Shown: positions 19,470-29,314, numbered from the stretch's first letter. The stretch is 64,000 bases of DNA from Actinomycetota bacterium (GCA_046735375.1 JBKPTD010000041.1:35395-99394); one strand, 5' to 3'. The notes: a model not told the origin generated them from the sequence alone. Numbers and translations: made by a program.

Positions 19470-19640
19470 TCTTGCCTCGAGAGCAATGGCTCGTCACCGG
19501 ACACGCAGGCGACCTGGCTCGCCTCTTGACGAGGGATCACAGTTGCGGGACAGCGCCGGGATCTCACCGGACTTCGCTACGGTCAGGCAAACGCCATGAG
19601 CGTAGCACCGGCATGTCCGTCCAAGGTGTGATCGAATTCG
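19470..19640 (-). ncRNA. cobalamin (AdoCbl) riboswitch
   Basis: The minus-strand RNA reads ...GCGAAGTCCGGTGAGATCCCGGCGCTGTCCCGCAACTGTGATCC...GCCAGGTCGCCTGCG. This matches the B12 core (GGTGAnAnTCCGG...CCCGCCACTG, here GCAACTG) and the downstream GCCAGG...CTGC pairing region. It is about 90 nt upstream of the binding-protein start. Confidence 0.7.
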
Positions 19641-19767
19641 CGGCCGCGCGCTCGCCTTCTCACGCCCATCTACGCGGCGCCTCGTTATCCACTCCTCAGC
19701 CATGAGGCTCAAGAATGTCGGTGGTCGGCCCTAGAATCGAACAAATGTTCGCGAAGGGAGGTGGGGT

Positions 19768-21254
19768 GTGATGCTCGTGGTCGAAGATGATCCTCAGCGG
19801 GGAGGATTCTCGCCGCTGTCCGACACCGACCTTGACGGGGTTGGCACGGACATCTGGGGCAACGAGTGGCCGCTCGGCGGCCCCATAGACCTCAAGGTGG
19901 CTGAGCCGTTCACCCTGGCGCCGGATCGCCCCACACAGGTCGGCGATCTCGAGGCGATGCCCCCTGGTCCGGCCCTAGCGTCACGGCTGGCAGCGGTGTC
20001 GCCAGGAGATGTGGGGGACGCCGAGCTGGTAGAGGTGATAGCCGCGGCAGAACGGCTGGCGCGGTGGTCGGGGGCGCTGCAGATACGCGCGATGGCGGAG
20101 ATGTCGCGGCGGCCGGTGTTCTTGCCGGATCGCGCCCGAGACGAGGATGCCGAGCTACGCAGCGCGGGTGCGCAGGTAGCGGCGGAGCTTCGGTTGGCGC
20201 AGGTGACGGCCGAAAAGCGGGTCTGGGTTGCCCGACAACTCATTGAACGGTTCCCGGCGACCTTTGAGGCGGTCGTGGCCGGGGAGATCGACGTGCGACG
20301 GGCGGAGCTGATCGCCGAGGTGGCCGACCGGCACGGCTGTGCGGTGGCCGAAGCGGTTGAGTCGCGAGTGCTACCGAGGCGGGGTTCCGCACGATTGGCC
20401 AGCATCGGCGGGCTATCGAACGCGAGATCCTGCTCGCGGACCCGGCGGACGCTCAGCGGCGACATGCGGAGGCGGCGGCCGGCCGCAGGGTGTGGTTCTC
20501 GGCGATGCCGGATGGGATGGGCCAGATGGTGGCGGACCTGACCGCCGATGGGATGGCACTGGTGCGGGCGGTGCTTGACACGGCGGCAATCGGCATGAAG
20601 ACCGCGGACCCCGACAACGGACGGAGGATGGACCAGCGTCGTGCGGACGCGTTGGTAGACCTGGCGCGGCTGTCGTTGGCGACCGGCAGGCTTGGTGGCG
20701 ATGGCCTCGCATTGTCGGCCGCGCAGGGCCGCCGCCCCCATATCCAGGTGACAGTGCCGTTGTCCACGTTGATCGGCATCGACGATCACCCAGGGGAGCT
20801 GACGGGCTATGGCCCGATCCCGGCCAGCGTCGCGCGGCGGATCGCCGCCGACGGGGTGTGGCGGCGGCTGCTCACCGACCCGGCGACCGGGCGGCTACTG
20901 GACTATGGGACCACCCGATACAGCCCGCCGCAGGACCTGCGAGACGTGATCATCGCGCGTGATCGGGAGTGTGTGTTCCCGACCTGCACGATGCCGGCAC
21001 ACCGCTGCCAAGTCGACCACACGGTCCCCCACCCGGACGGGCCTACCGCTCGGACCAACCTCGGCCCGCCGTGCGAGCCACATCACGACCTGAAGACCCG
21101 CTGGGGATGGCAGCTCGACCAGCCGGAGGAAGGCCGGTTCGTCTGGACCAGCCCAGTCGGCAAGCAGTATGTGCAGGAACCTCAGCAGATCGGGCCAATC
21201 ACCGGAGGTGTGGCCGTCGACGACACCGAGCCGCCCGACGAACCGCCATTCTGA
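19768..21254 (+). pseudogene. DUF222 / HNH endonuclease family gene (REP13E12-like), disrupted by a single frameshift near 20375
   Basis: Two overlapping ORFs (19768-20541 and 20490-21254) together give one DUF222 N-region plus an HNH nuclease with CxxC...H. Family-like sequence continues in the second frame from about 20376 (…AGFRTIGQHRRAIEREILLADPADAQRR…). Confidence 0.7.
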
Positions 21255-21471
21255 ACGGGCATTCTCTGCTGCGACTGACAGGTGCCAGCCCGACCTACGG
21301 CACCACTTCTGACACGATGCCTGCCGGTTCGTCGGCCATGCTGGTGTTGATCTAGCGAGCGGTGAGACTGCTCGGCCGCGCCCCATGCCGGTCACGTCAT
21401 CGTGGTGCGGGGTACTGATAGGGCGGCGCGGATCGGCGGCATGTCCCATGCCGCGCATCAGACCTTCTTGG

Positions 21472-22734
21472 TCAGGTCGCGGGTTCGGCGCGTACGCCGG
21501 TGAACTCACTCGGTTCCTCGGGTTGACCGACGGATTCGATCGGCTCGGTGGTCGTGGTGAAGATCTCCTGGCGGGCCGTCCCCAGTGCGGTCAGCAAAGC
21601 ACCTTGGAGCACCGGGTTGCCGTCCACGCTCGAGGGGACGACGTGCGGCCTCACCGGTGAGATCCGGCCGACTGCCTCCTCAACCAGCCGGGCAAGCGCG
21701 GCCCCACCCGCTCGGTTGATCTCGCCTGCGAGTACTACCAGGCCGGGGTCGACCACGAGGCAGACCGAGGCCACACCCAGTGCCAGCCGATGCGCCAGCT
21801 CGCCAAGAAAAGCTTCGCCGGACTCTCCGGCCTCGACCGCAGCTCGGACCGCGACGGCGGCTGCTGCCGGTCCGTCTGCCGGATCGGCTCGTAGGTGATG
21901 CCGCCGGGCAAGATCCTCGACAGGCTCCGGTCCAACGAGTGCCTGGAAACCACCTTTGAGGGCGCCCGGGCGCCGATCGCCGGTCGGCGCGCCAGTGCCG
22001 GCGACCGGCAGCCAGCCGATCTCTCCGGCACCGCCGCTGGTACCCCGGTGCAAGCGGCCACCGAGGACGGTCGCGAGTCCCATGCCGCGCCCCACCCAGA
22101 GCAGGACGAAGCTGTCGTGGTCTCGTCCAGCGCCGTGGTGCTGCTCGGCAACACCGGCAAGATTTACGTCGTTCTCCAGCGTGACCATGCGACGCAGGTC
22201 ACTGCGCAGGGCATCCAGCAGCCCGCGATGCCAGCTCGGCAGATCCCAGGCGAAGCCGATGTCGCCGCTGTCCGGATCGACCAGGCCGGGGGTACCGATC
22301 ACAATCTGGCTGACCTCTCCCAACCCGATACGGGCATGCTCAGCCGCGCGTTCGACCGCCTGATGCACGACCGCCACCGGATCGGCGGCGCCTTCCGTGG
22401 CAAGGTCGCTGTGTCCGGTCACCTCGCCGGTGATGTCGGCCACTGCGGCTTCGATCCGATTGGGCCCTACATCGATGCCGATCACGTAGGCCGCGGACGG
22501 CTTCACCGCGTAGAGGCGGGCGTTAGGCCCCCTACCGCCCTCCTGCTCGCCCACGGAGTACACCAGCCCGCGGGCCTCGAGCCTTGCCAGCAGCTGAGAC
22601 GCGGTGGGCTTGGACAGTCCGGTGAGCGCGCCGAGCTGGGGCCGGGTCAACGGACCCCGCTCAAGCAAGAGCTCAAGCGCGGCCCGGTCGTTGATCGCGC
22701 GCAGCAGTCGGGGTGTGCCAGGTCGTTGCGGCAT
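21472..22734 (-). CDS. ROK-family transcriptional repressor (NagC/XylR type)
   Basis: N-terminal wHTH (PQLGALTGLSKPTASQLLARLE) followed by a ROK sugar-kinase-like domain (VIGIDVGPNRIEAA). Confidence 0.85.
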   Translation of the reverse strand: MPQRPGTPRLLRAINDRAALELLLERGPLTRPQLGALTGLSKPTASQLLARLEARGLVYSVGEQEGGRGPNARLYAVKPSAAYVIGIDVGPNRIEAAVADITGEVTGHSDLATEGAADPVAVVHQAVERAAEHARIGLGEVSQIVIGTPGLVDPDSGDIGFAWDLPSWHRGLLDALRSDLRRMVTLENDVNLAGVAEQHHGAGRDHDSFVLLWVGRGMGLATVLGGRLHRGTSGGAGEIGWLPVAGTGAPTGDRRPGALKGGFQALVGPEPVEDLARRHHLRADPADGPAAAAVAVRAAVEAGESGEAFLGELAHRLALGVASVCLVVDPGLVVLAGEINRAGGAALARLVEEAVGRISPVRPHVVPSSVDGNPVLQGALLTALGTARQEIFTTTTEPIESVGQPEEPSEFTGVRAEPAT

Positions 22735-22757
22735 CGTAATAAGGCCCCGTATCCATT

Positions 22758-22770
22758 AGGAAAGTTTCCT
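22758..22770. promoter_or_regulatory. perfect palindrome AGGAAAgTTTCCT in the ROK / sugar-ABC divergent region; candidate ROK operator
   Basis: 6-1-6 inverted repeat in a locally AT-richer stretch, 24 nt upstream of the ROK start. Confidence 0.35.
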
Positions 22771-22968
22771 GTTAGATTCCTGAACGCTAGGTCGCTACGC
22801 CTGGGTCAGTCAAGCAGACGCCTTCGCTTGGTGACCATGCACCGCCCGGACCGGCCTAAATCGGCAGGAACGGGGGCGGTAGGCGGGTCCCCCGCGGGGT
22901 GAACGAGTGCTCTCGCCGGGGGCGACAACCCGAAGTGCAGGAGTTCCGGAGCATCCGGGAGGGATGGC

Positions 22969-24273
22969 GTGAAGAAGAAACTCCTAGCCGCGGCGGCCGG
23001 GCTCGCCGCGGCGTCGTTCGTCCTCGCTGCATGTGGCGGAGATGACGACAGTGCGCCCTCGGCCGCAGAGCGGACGGGCACTCTGAACGTGTGGCTGATG
23101 CAAGACGCCTCGGGCGAGAAGTGGGCGCCCATCGTCACCCAGGCCACCACTCTGTTCAACAAGAAGTACCCCAAGGTCCAGGTGAAGGTCACGACCCTGC
23201 AGTGGGTCGACGGCCAGCAGCGGCTCACGACTGCCTTCGCCGGTAACACCCCGCCCGATGTAGCTGAGCTGGGTAACACCTGGACGTCCGGTTTCGCCGG
23301 GAGCGGAGCGCTGGCGGACCTCACACCCAACAAGGACGAGTTCCCGAACTCTGAAACCTGGCTCAAGAGCCTCCAGGACGCGGGGACCTACAACGGCAAG
23401 GTCTACGGCGTCCCTTACTACGCCGGCAGCCGAGTGATCACCTACCGCAAGGACATGTTCACGCAGGCGGGCATCACCGCACCGCCCACGAGCATGGACG
23501 AGCTGAAGGCAGACGCGGACAAGCTCAACGCCAAGTTCGCGTCGAAGATCAAGAACTTCTCGGCGTTTTACATCCCCGGCCAGCACTGGTACCTCGCCGG
23601 CACGCTGATCGCCGACCAGGGGGTCGCGCAGCCATGGGCCGAGTTCACGGGTGGCAAGTGGACGGCCAACGTCAACTCACCGGAGTCGATGAAGGGTCTG
23701 GACCTGTTCAAGGAGCTGCAGTCGAAGTACTCGAAGGCGGATCCGCGCGGTGAAGAGGCCGACCAGGCCTACCGGATGGGCGGCCAGAAGAACATCGCCA
23801 TGTTCTACGGCGCCGCCTGGGAACTCGGCGAGGTGGGAAACAAGGACAAGGGTGGCGACCCGAAGATGGTCGACAAGCTCGCCCAGTTCGCACTCCCGTC
23901 CATCAACGCCGGTCAGACAGCGCCGGCCTTCCTCGGCGGCTCGCACCTGTCCATCCCGGTCAAGTCGAAGCAGCAGGATCTTGCCCGAGAGTGGATCAGC
24001 GCCTACACCAACACTGCGGTCCAGACCAGCCTGGTCAACAACGTCGGCGTCATCCCGAACACCACGACGCTGCTCAGCTTGAAGGCCGACGACCCGTCCT
24101 TCAAGGCGTCGCAGAAGTCGTGGTTCGTCCCGACGTCGAAGAACTGGGCCTCGGTTGAGGGCCAGCGCATTCTCCAGAACACGCTGGTGGACATCTCCAC
24201 CGGCAAGAAGTCGGTACAGGACGCGGCGAACACCGCGACCCAGCAGATCCAGGAGGCGCTGGACCGGATGTAA
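22969..24273 (+). CDS. ABC sugar-binding lipoprotein (family 1 SBP; GlcNAc/chitobiose NgcE/DasA-like)
   Basis: Lipobox LAACGGDD. Extracellular solute-binding protein fold. Followed by two permeases and a GH3 hexosaminidase. Confidence 0.85.
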   Translation: MKKKLLAAAAGLAAASFVLAACGGDDDSAPSAAERTGTLNVWLMQDASGEKWAPIVTQATTLFNKKYPKVQVKVTTLQWVDGQQRLTTAFAGNTPPDVAELGNTWTSGFAGSGALADLTPNKDEFPNSETWLKSLQDAGTYNGKVYGVPYYAGSRVITYRKDMFTQAGITAPPTSMDELKADADKLNAKFASKIKNFSAFYIPGQHWYLAGTLIADQGVAQPWAEFTGGKWTANVNSPESMKGLDLFKELQSKYSKADPRGEEADQAYRMGGQKNIAMFYGAAWELGEVGNKDKGGDPKMVDKLAQFALPSINAGQTAPAFLGGSHLSIPVKSKQQDLAREWISAYTNTAVQTSLVNNVGVIPNTTTLLSLKADDPSFKASQKSWFVPTSKNWASVEGQRILQNTLVDISTGKKSVQDAANTATQQIQEALDRM

Positions 24274-24330
24274 CGCTCCGGCCACCCGCGTGCATCGACA
24301 CAGCGGGGCGACCGGACGTCACACGATCAA

Positions 24331-24422
24331 GGGCTCGTGGTGCCCTCGGGGCACGTGGGCGCCACGAGCCCGGGCAAAGGGAGCACGACCTGGGCCCGCC
24401 GGACCTCGGGCCGGCGGGCCCA
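24331..24422 (+). other. two tandem GC-rich stem-loops (10-bp and 12-bp stems) between the SBP and permease genes
   Basis: GGGCTCGTGG...CCACGAGCCC and TGGGCCCGCCGG-ACCTCGGG-CCGGCGGGCCCA are perfect inverted repeats. Confidence 0.5.
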
Positions 24423-24525
24423 GTTGTACTCCGGCGAAGGAGGCAGCGGTGCGAGAACGACCATCCGCCACGATAGGTCACCGTCATTGCCGGGACTCCC
24501 GGACAGGCGCGCCGAGGAGATCGCT

Positions 24526-25515
24526 ATGAGTGCCTCAGACCTGGGTGCCGCGGACGACCTGATCACCAGCGGGGTGGAGCCCGCCTCCGGCGGCTCTGGT
24601 CGGCGGCGGACCCTGCGAAGCCCTCGTGGACATCGTTCACTTCCCTACCTGCTGATCGTTCCCAGCCTGGCCGTACTCTTCGGAATATTCGGATATCCGG
24701 CCGTCTACCTCGTCCGGATCTCGTTCCAACAGTTCGATCTGCCTCAGCTGTTCGGATCCGAGCCGACCAGGTGGATCGGATTCGACAACTACGTCGAATT
24801 CATCACCGGAGACAACTTCATCCCGATCGTCATCCGAACGCTTGCATTCACGACTGCCTGCGTCGTGCTGACCATCGGGCTCGGTCTGCTTATCGCGCTG
24901 CTCATGCAGCGGATCAGCAGCTTGGTCAGGATCCCGCTGCTGATCGCGATGATGTTCGCTTGGGCGATGCCCCCGATCTCGGCGGTCGCCGTCTTCGGCT
25001 GGCTCGTCGACTACCAGACAGGCGTCCTCAACTGGCTCATCGACCAGCTGCCCGGCGTGGACTTCAGCCAGCACAACTGGTTCATCAACCCGATCGAGGG
25101 CTTCAGCGTGATCGTGGTGATGATCGTGTGGGGCGCCATCCCCTTCGTGGCCGTTACCTTCTATGCGGCTCTCACCCAGGTGCCGCATGAACTGATCGAG
25201 GCGGCGCGCATTGACGGCGCGGGCCGATGGGCCGTCTTTCGGAATGTTGTCTATCCGGTCATCAAGCCCGTCGTGATCATCGCCACCACCCTGTCGATCA
25301 TCTGGGACTTTCAAGTGATCGTTCAGATCCTGGCGATGCTCGACGGCACCCCGAACGAGGACTACTTCACCCTGCCCATCTACTCGTACATGACGTCAAT
25401 CGTCGGAGGCTACTACGGCCTCGGTGCGGCGGCCGCGGTGATCATGATCCTGGGATTGATCGGACTCAGCTTCTTCTACATCCGGCAGATCCTGCGGATT
25501 CAGGAGGCGGACTGA
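24526..25515 (+). CDS. ABC sugar permease (MalF/UgpA type)
   Basis: Six-TM permease. Start chosen at MSASDLGAADD after the intercistronic hairpins. Confidence 0.85.
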   Translation: MSASDLGAADDLITSGVEPASGGSGRRRTLRSPRGHRSLPYLLIVPSLAVLFGIFGYPAVYLVRISFQQFDLPQLFGSEPTRWIGFDNYVEFITGDNFIPIVIRTLAFTTACVVLTIGLGLLIALLMQRISSLVRIPLLIAMMFAWAMPPISAVAVFGWLVDYQTGVLNWLIDQLPGVDFSQHNWFINPIEGFSVIVVMIVWGAIPFVAVTFYAALTQVPHELIEAARIDGAGRWAVFRNVVYPVIKPVVIIATTLSIIWDFQVIVQILAMLDGTPNEDYFTLPIYSYMTSIVGGYYGLGAAAAVIMILGLIGLSFFYIRQILRIQEAD

Positions 25516-26426
25516 TGAGCCAGGAAGCTGCGCTCAACGTTGGCAGCGCTCGGGGTCGAGCTGTCGACACCACTGCGGTGCGCACCGGCATCCGCACCCC
25601 CCGCCGCCGGCCACGTCGCCTGCTGATCAACGTTATCGGTGTCGGTGTCTTCTTTGTGATGATCTTCCCGACGTACTGGATGGTCGCGACCGCGCTCAAG
25701 ACAAATGCCGACATCTTCTCAACCACGCCGAAGTTCGTGCCGACGCACCCGACACTGTCGAACTTCGGCCGGGCGATGGACAAGCCCTATTTTTGGGACT
25801 CTGTGCGCAACAGCTTGGTGATCGGAGTGAGCGCTGTGATCGCCTCGCTGATCATCGGCTTCCTGGCCGCACTCGCGATCGCGAGGTTTCGCTTCTACGG
25901 CCGCAGGGCGTTCCTGGTCATGATCATCGTGGTTCAGATGATCCCGGCAAACTCCCTGTTCATCCCGCTTTACCTCTTGCTGAACAAGGTCGAACTGACC
26001 GACAAGCTGCTCGGCGCGGCGATCACTTATCTCGCCCTCACGCTTCCGTTCACCGTCTGGTTGCTGCGTGGTTTCGTCTCCGGCATCCCCGTGGAGCTCG
26101 AGGAGGCGGCGCAGGTCGACGGCTGCAGCCGGATGGGCGCATTTTTCCGGATCATCCTGCCGCTCGTCGCACCCGGCCTCGTCGCCACCTCGATCTTCGC
26201 GTTCATCCAGGCGTGGAACGAGTTCCTCCTCGCGAACGTGCTCCTCACCTCGGAGCAGAAGCGGACTATCTCGCTCTGGTTGTTCAACTTCGTCACCCTG
26301 CGCGGCACCGACTGGACCGGGCTGATGGCCGGCTCGACGCTCGTTGCACTCCCAGTTGTCGTCTTCTTCATGATCCTGCACCGCAGGATCGCCAGCGGGC
26401 TGGTCGCGGGCGCGGTGAAAGGATGA
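25515..26426 (+). CDS. ABC sugar permease (MalG/UgpE type)
   Basis: Six-TM permease with the EAA-like loop (LEEAAQVDGCSRMGAFFRIILP). ATGA overlap with the preceding gene. Start is MSQEAALNVG. Confidence 0.85.
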   Translation: MSQEAALNVGSARGRAVDTTAVRTGIRTPRRRPRRLLINVIGVGVFFVMIFPTYWMVATALKTNADIFSTTPKFVPTHPTLSNFGRAMDKPYFWDSVRNSLVIGVSAVIASLIIGFLAALAIARFRFYGRRAFLVMIIVVQMIPANSLFIPLYLLLNKVELTDKLLGAAITYLALTLPFTVWLLRGFVSGIPVELEEAAQVDGCSRMGAFFRIILPLVAPGLVATSIFAFIQAWNEFLLANVLLTSEQKRTISLWLFNFVTLRGTDWTGLMAGSTLVALPVVVFFMILHRRIASGLVAGAVKG

Positions 26427-27889
26427 CCGATCGCTCGACCTTGCGCCGGCTCGCCGCAGGCACCGTCCTCATCGCCTTCGAGGGCACCACCGCGCCGGCC
26501 TGGCTGCTGCGAGCGATCGGCGACGACGGCTACGCCGGAGTCGTGCATTTCGCCAGCAACATCGCAGGCGAGGAAGAGGTTGCCGGCTTGAATGCGCAGC
26601 TGCGCGATGCGGCGCCGTACCCGATCATTTCGGTCGACGAGGAAGGGGGCGACGTCACCCGGCTCGCGCATGCCCAGGGCAGCCCGTATCCGGGCAATGC
26701 CGCCTTGGGTGCGGTCGACGACCCGGACCTGACCGAGCTGGTTTACTCCGCCATGGGCGCCGACCTGCGGGCCCTCGGCTTCACTCTTGACTTCGCCCCC
26801 AGCGGCGACGTCAACAGCGCTGACGACAACCCGGTCATCGGCACCCGCAGCTTCGGAGCAAGCCCCGAGGTGGTCAGCAGGCACACCGCCGCTGCCGTGC
26901 GCGGCCTGCAACGCACGGGTCTCGCCGCCTGCGTGAAGCACTTCCCAGGTCACGGCGCCACCACCGTGGACTCGCACTTCGATGTGCCCACTGTTGACGT
27001 GCCACTGGACGTGCTGCACAAGCGCGAGCTCGCACCGTTCGCCGCTGCGATCAAGGCTGGGGTGAAGTCGGTGATGACTGCGCATGTACGAGTACCTCTC
27101 GTTACAGGTGCGGCCCCGGCGACCCTGAGCAGATCCGCATTGACCGACCTGCTCCGCGGCGAGCTCGGCTTCGACGGTGTGGTGATCACCGACTCGATGG
27201 AGATGGCCGCGGTTCGCGGAACGGTCGGGATGGCGGATGGCGCCGTGCTCGCCCTCGCGGCAGGCGCAGACCTGCTGTGCACCGGTGGCGAACTGCGCGG
27301 CCAGGAGATCGTCGAGCCCATGGTCGATGCCATCGTGCGGGCCGTCGAGGATGGACAGCTTGCAGCCGAGCGGCTCGCCGATGCTGCAGCACGGGTTCGC
27401 GCCTTGGCGTCCTGGCGGGGTACGGACGATGTCGTGAACGCGGATGGTCAGGTCGGTTTGCAAGCGGCGCGGCTGGCCGTCCGTATCCTCGACGGGGTGC
27501 CCACCAGGCTGCAGGCACCGCTCGTGCTTGAGCTGCAATCACCGCCGGGGATGGCGGTCGGCCCGGCGGTGCCATGGGGACTCGCGCCCTCGCTGTCCGC
27601 CCTGCTACCTGGCACCGAGGTCTGCCGGGTAACCGAGCTGGACGCTAACGCCGCCGCACTTGCGAGTGCCGCCGAGGGACGATCCCTCGTCGTCGTGACA
27701 AGGGACGCACACCGGTACATCTGGCAGTACGCACTCGTCGCCGAGCTGACCGCGATACGGCCTGATGTGGTGGTGGTGGAGATGGGCCTGCCTGCGTGGC
27801 GCCCATCTGGCGCCGCTGCATTCATCGCCACCTATGGTGCTGGACGATCGAACGCGCGCGCGGCGGCGGAACTCCTCTCAGCTGTCTGA
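26423..27889 (+). CDS. glycoside hydrolase family 3 beta-N-acetylhexosaminidase (NagZ-like)
   Basis: GH3 N-domain motifs (KHFPGHG, VVITDSMEMAAV). ATGA overlap with the permease stop. Confidence 0.8.
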   Translation: MTDRSTLRRLAAGTVLIAFEGTTAPAWLLRAIGDDGYAGVVHFASNIAGEEEVAGLNAQLRDAAPYPIISVDEEGGDVTRLAHAQGSPYPGNAALGAVDDPDLTELVYSAMGADLRALGFTLDFAPSGDVNSADDNPVIGTRSFGASPEVVSRHTAAAVRGLQRTGLAACVKHFPGHGATTVDSHFDVPTVDVPLDVLHKRELAPFAAAIKAGVKSVMTAHVRVPLVTGAAPATLSRSALTDLLRGELGFDGVVITDSMEMAAVRGTVGMADGAVLALAAGADLLCTGGELRGQEIVEPMVDAIVRAVEDGQLAAERLADAAARVRALASWRGTDDVVNADGQVGLQAARLAVRILDGVPTRLQAPLVLELQSPPGMAVGPAVPWGLAPSLSALLPGTEVCRVTELDANAAALASAAEGRSLVVVTRDAHRYIWQYALVAELTAIRPDVVVVEMGLPAWRPSGAAAFIATYGAGRSNARAAAELLSAV

Positions 27890-27927
27890 GTTGGTACCGA
27901 CGCACCGTCTGGTGCGAGGATCACCGA

Positions 27928-28725
27928 ATGCCGGAGGGTGACGCGGTCTGGCGGACCGCACGTCGGCTCGATGCCGCGCTGTCCGGACGCATCCTCACCC
28001 TGTCCGACTTTCGGGTTCCGCGGTTCGCGACCGCGTCGCTCGTGGGGCAGCGCGTCGCCGAGGTTGCCCCACGCGGCAAGCACCTGCTCGCGCGCACGGA
28101 TGCCGGACTGACGCTGCATACGCACATGCAGATGGACGGGCGATGGACGACCGGGCCGGTCGGGCGCTCGTCGCGCGCAGGGCCGTGGCACGAGATACGA
28201 ATCCGGCTCGCCAACGACCTGAACGAGGCGGTCGGTTACCGGCTGCCGATCGTCGAGCTCGTGCGTACCACCGACGAGGATCGGATTGTCGGTCATCTCG
28301 GTCCGGATCTGCTTGGCCCCGACTGGGATCCCGAGCGGGCAATCGCGAACATCCAGGCAACGCCGAGTCGGTCCGTCGGGGAGGCGCTCCTCGACCAGCG
28401 CAACCTCGCCGGCATCGGCACGATCTACCGCGCCGAGGCATGCTACGTCGCCGGCGTGTCGCCGTGGTCTGCGGTCCGCGATGTCGATGACCTACGTGCC
28501 CTAGTGGACATCGCCCAGCGCCAACTCGTGGCCGGGGCACGAGGTCCGCGCGGCGGTACGAGGGGCGACCCGCGCGGGCGGTACTGGGTGTACGGTCGGG
28601 CTGGCCTCCCATGCCGACAGTGCGGTACCCGTATCAAGTCCGCGCAACTCGGCCCGACCGGATCGGAGCGGATCGTGGCATGGTGCCCGCGCTGCCAGCC
28701 GGACACGGTGGGACGCTCGGCCTAG
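27928..28725 (+). CDS. nei: endonuclease VIII / Fpg-Nei family DNA glycosylase
   Basis: Start MPEGDAVWRTAR gives the N-terminal Pro2-Glu3 catalytic dyad. C-terminal zinc finger CRQCGTRI...CPRCQ. Confidence 0.8.
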   Translation: MPEGDAVWRTARRLDAALSGRILTLSDFRVPRFATASLVGQRVAEVAPRGKHLLARTDAGLTLHTHMQMDGRWTTGPVGRSSRAGPWHEIRIRLANDLNEAVGYRLPIVELVRTTDEDRIVGHLGPDLLGPDWDPERAIANIQATPSRSVGEALLDQRNLAGIGTIYRAEACYVAGVSPWSAVRDVDDLRALVDIAQRQLVAGARGPRGGTRGDPRGRYWVYGRAGLPCRQCGTRIKSAQLGPTGSERIVAWCPRCQPDTVGRSA

Positions 28726-28825
28726 GAATAGGACGTCGGACCCTTCGCCCTCCGGCCCAGGCGGTGCTGGGTTTCTGCTGGCCAAGGGCGGGCATTCACA
28801 GGCTGGCTACCTAAGGAGGTCGGCC

Positions 28826-29314
28826 ATGCCGGATCGAGCGATAGTCGTTCTCATCATTGCGGCGGTCGCACTCGTTTTGCTCTTCGTGATCATCAATGCG
28901 AACACCGTCATCCGTATCCGCCGGCCGCGCTATGACCAAGAGGGTGCCTACCTATCCGAGCCGCTGCCCGCCGATGCCCGCCGGAGTCGAGTGGTTCGCA
29001 CCGTGCGTCGTACTGTGCGCCCACGCCGCGCGGGATCACGATCGGTCGTCCAAAGCAGCGCCGACGAATATTACGCAGAGCCGGACCCGCGATACACCGG
29101 ACCGCCGCCGATCGACCCGTGGTACGCGCGGGGTTGGAGGGGGAGGATAAGGCGCCGAGCCGGTCTGTCCGCCCCTCTGCCGGTCGAGGAGGTCGTCGAA
29201 GAGGCACCGGTGGACGCCGACGACGGGACGGGTACAGAAACGCAGACAGCCGTACCAGAGCCTCGCGTCGAGCATCACACCGAGGTGGTCGACGAGCACG
29301 ACCGGCTGATCTGA
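28826..29314 (+). CDS. hypothetical membrane-anchored Arg/Pro-rich protein
   Basis: Good RBS (AAGGAGG). N-terminal TM helix IVVLIIAAVALVLLFVI. No recognisable family. Confidence 0.45.
   Translation: MPDRAIVVLIIAAVALVLLFVIINANTVIRIRRPRYDQEGAYLSEPLPADARRSRVVRTVRRTVRPRRAGSRSVVQSSADEYYAEPDPRYTGPPPIDPWYARGWRGRIRRRAGLSAPLPVEEVVEEAPVDADDGTGTETQTAVPEPRVEHHTEVVDEHDRLI

Noticed and set aside
19494-19712. 72-aa minus-strand ORF
   Set aside because: It is the cobalamin riboswitch read as protein.
21895-22902. 335-aa plus-strand ORF
   Set aside because: Antisense to the ROK regulator gene and running through its promoter. GC-frame artefact.
24337-24525. N-terminal 63-aa extension of the permease ORF, track start 24337
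   Set aside because: The extension covers the two intercistronic hairpins and has no RBS. The start was reassigned to the ATG at 24526.
26027-27538. 503-aa minus-strand ORF
   Set aside because: Antisense to the GH3 NagZ-like gene and the permease 3' end. No motifs.
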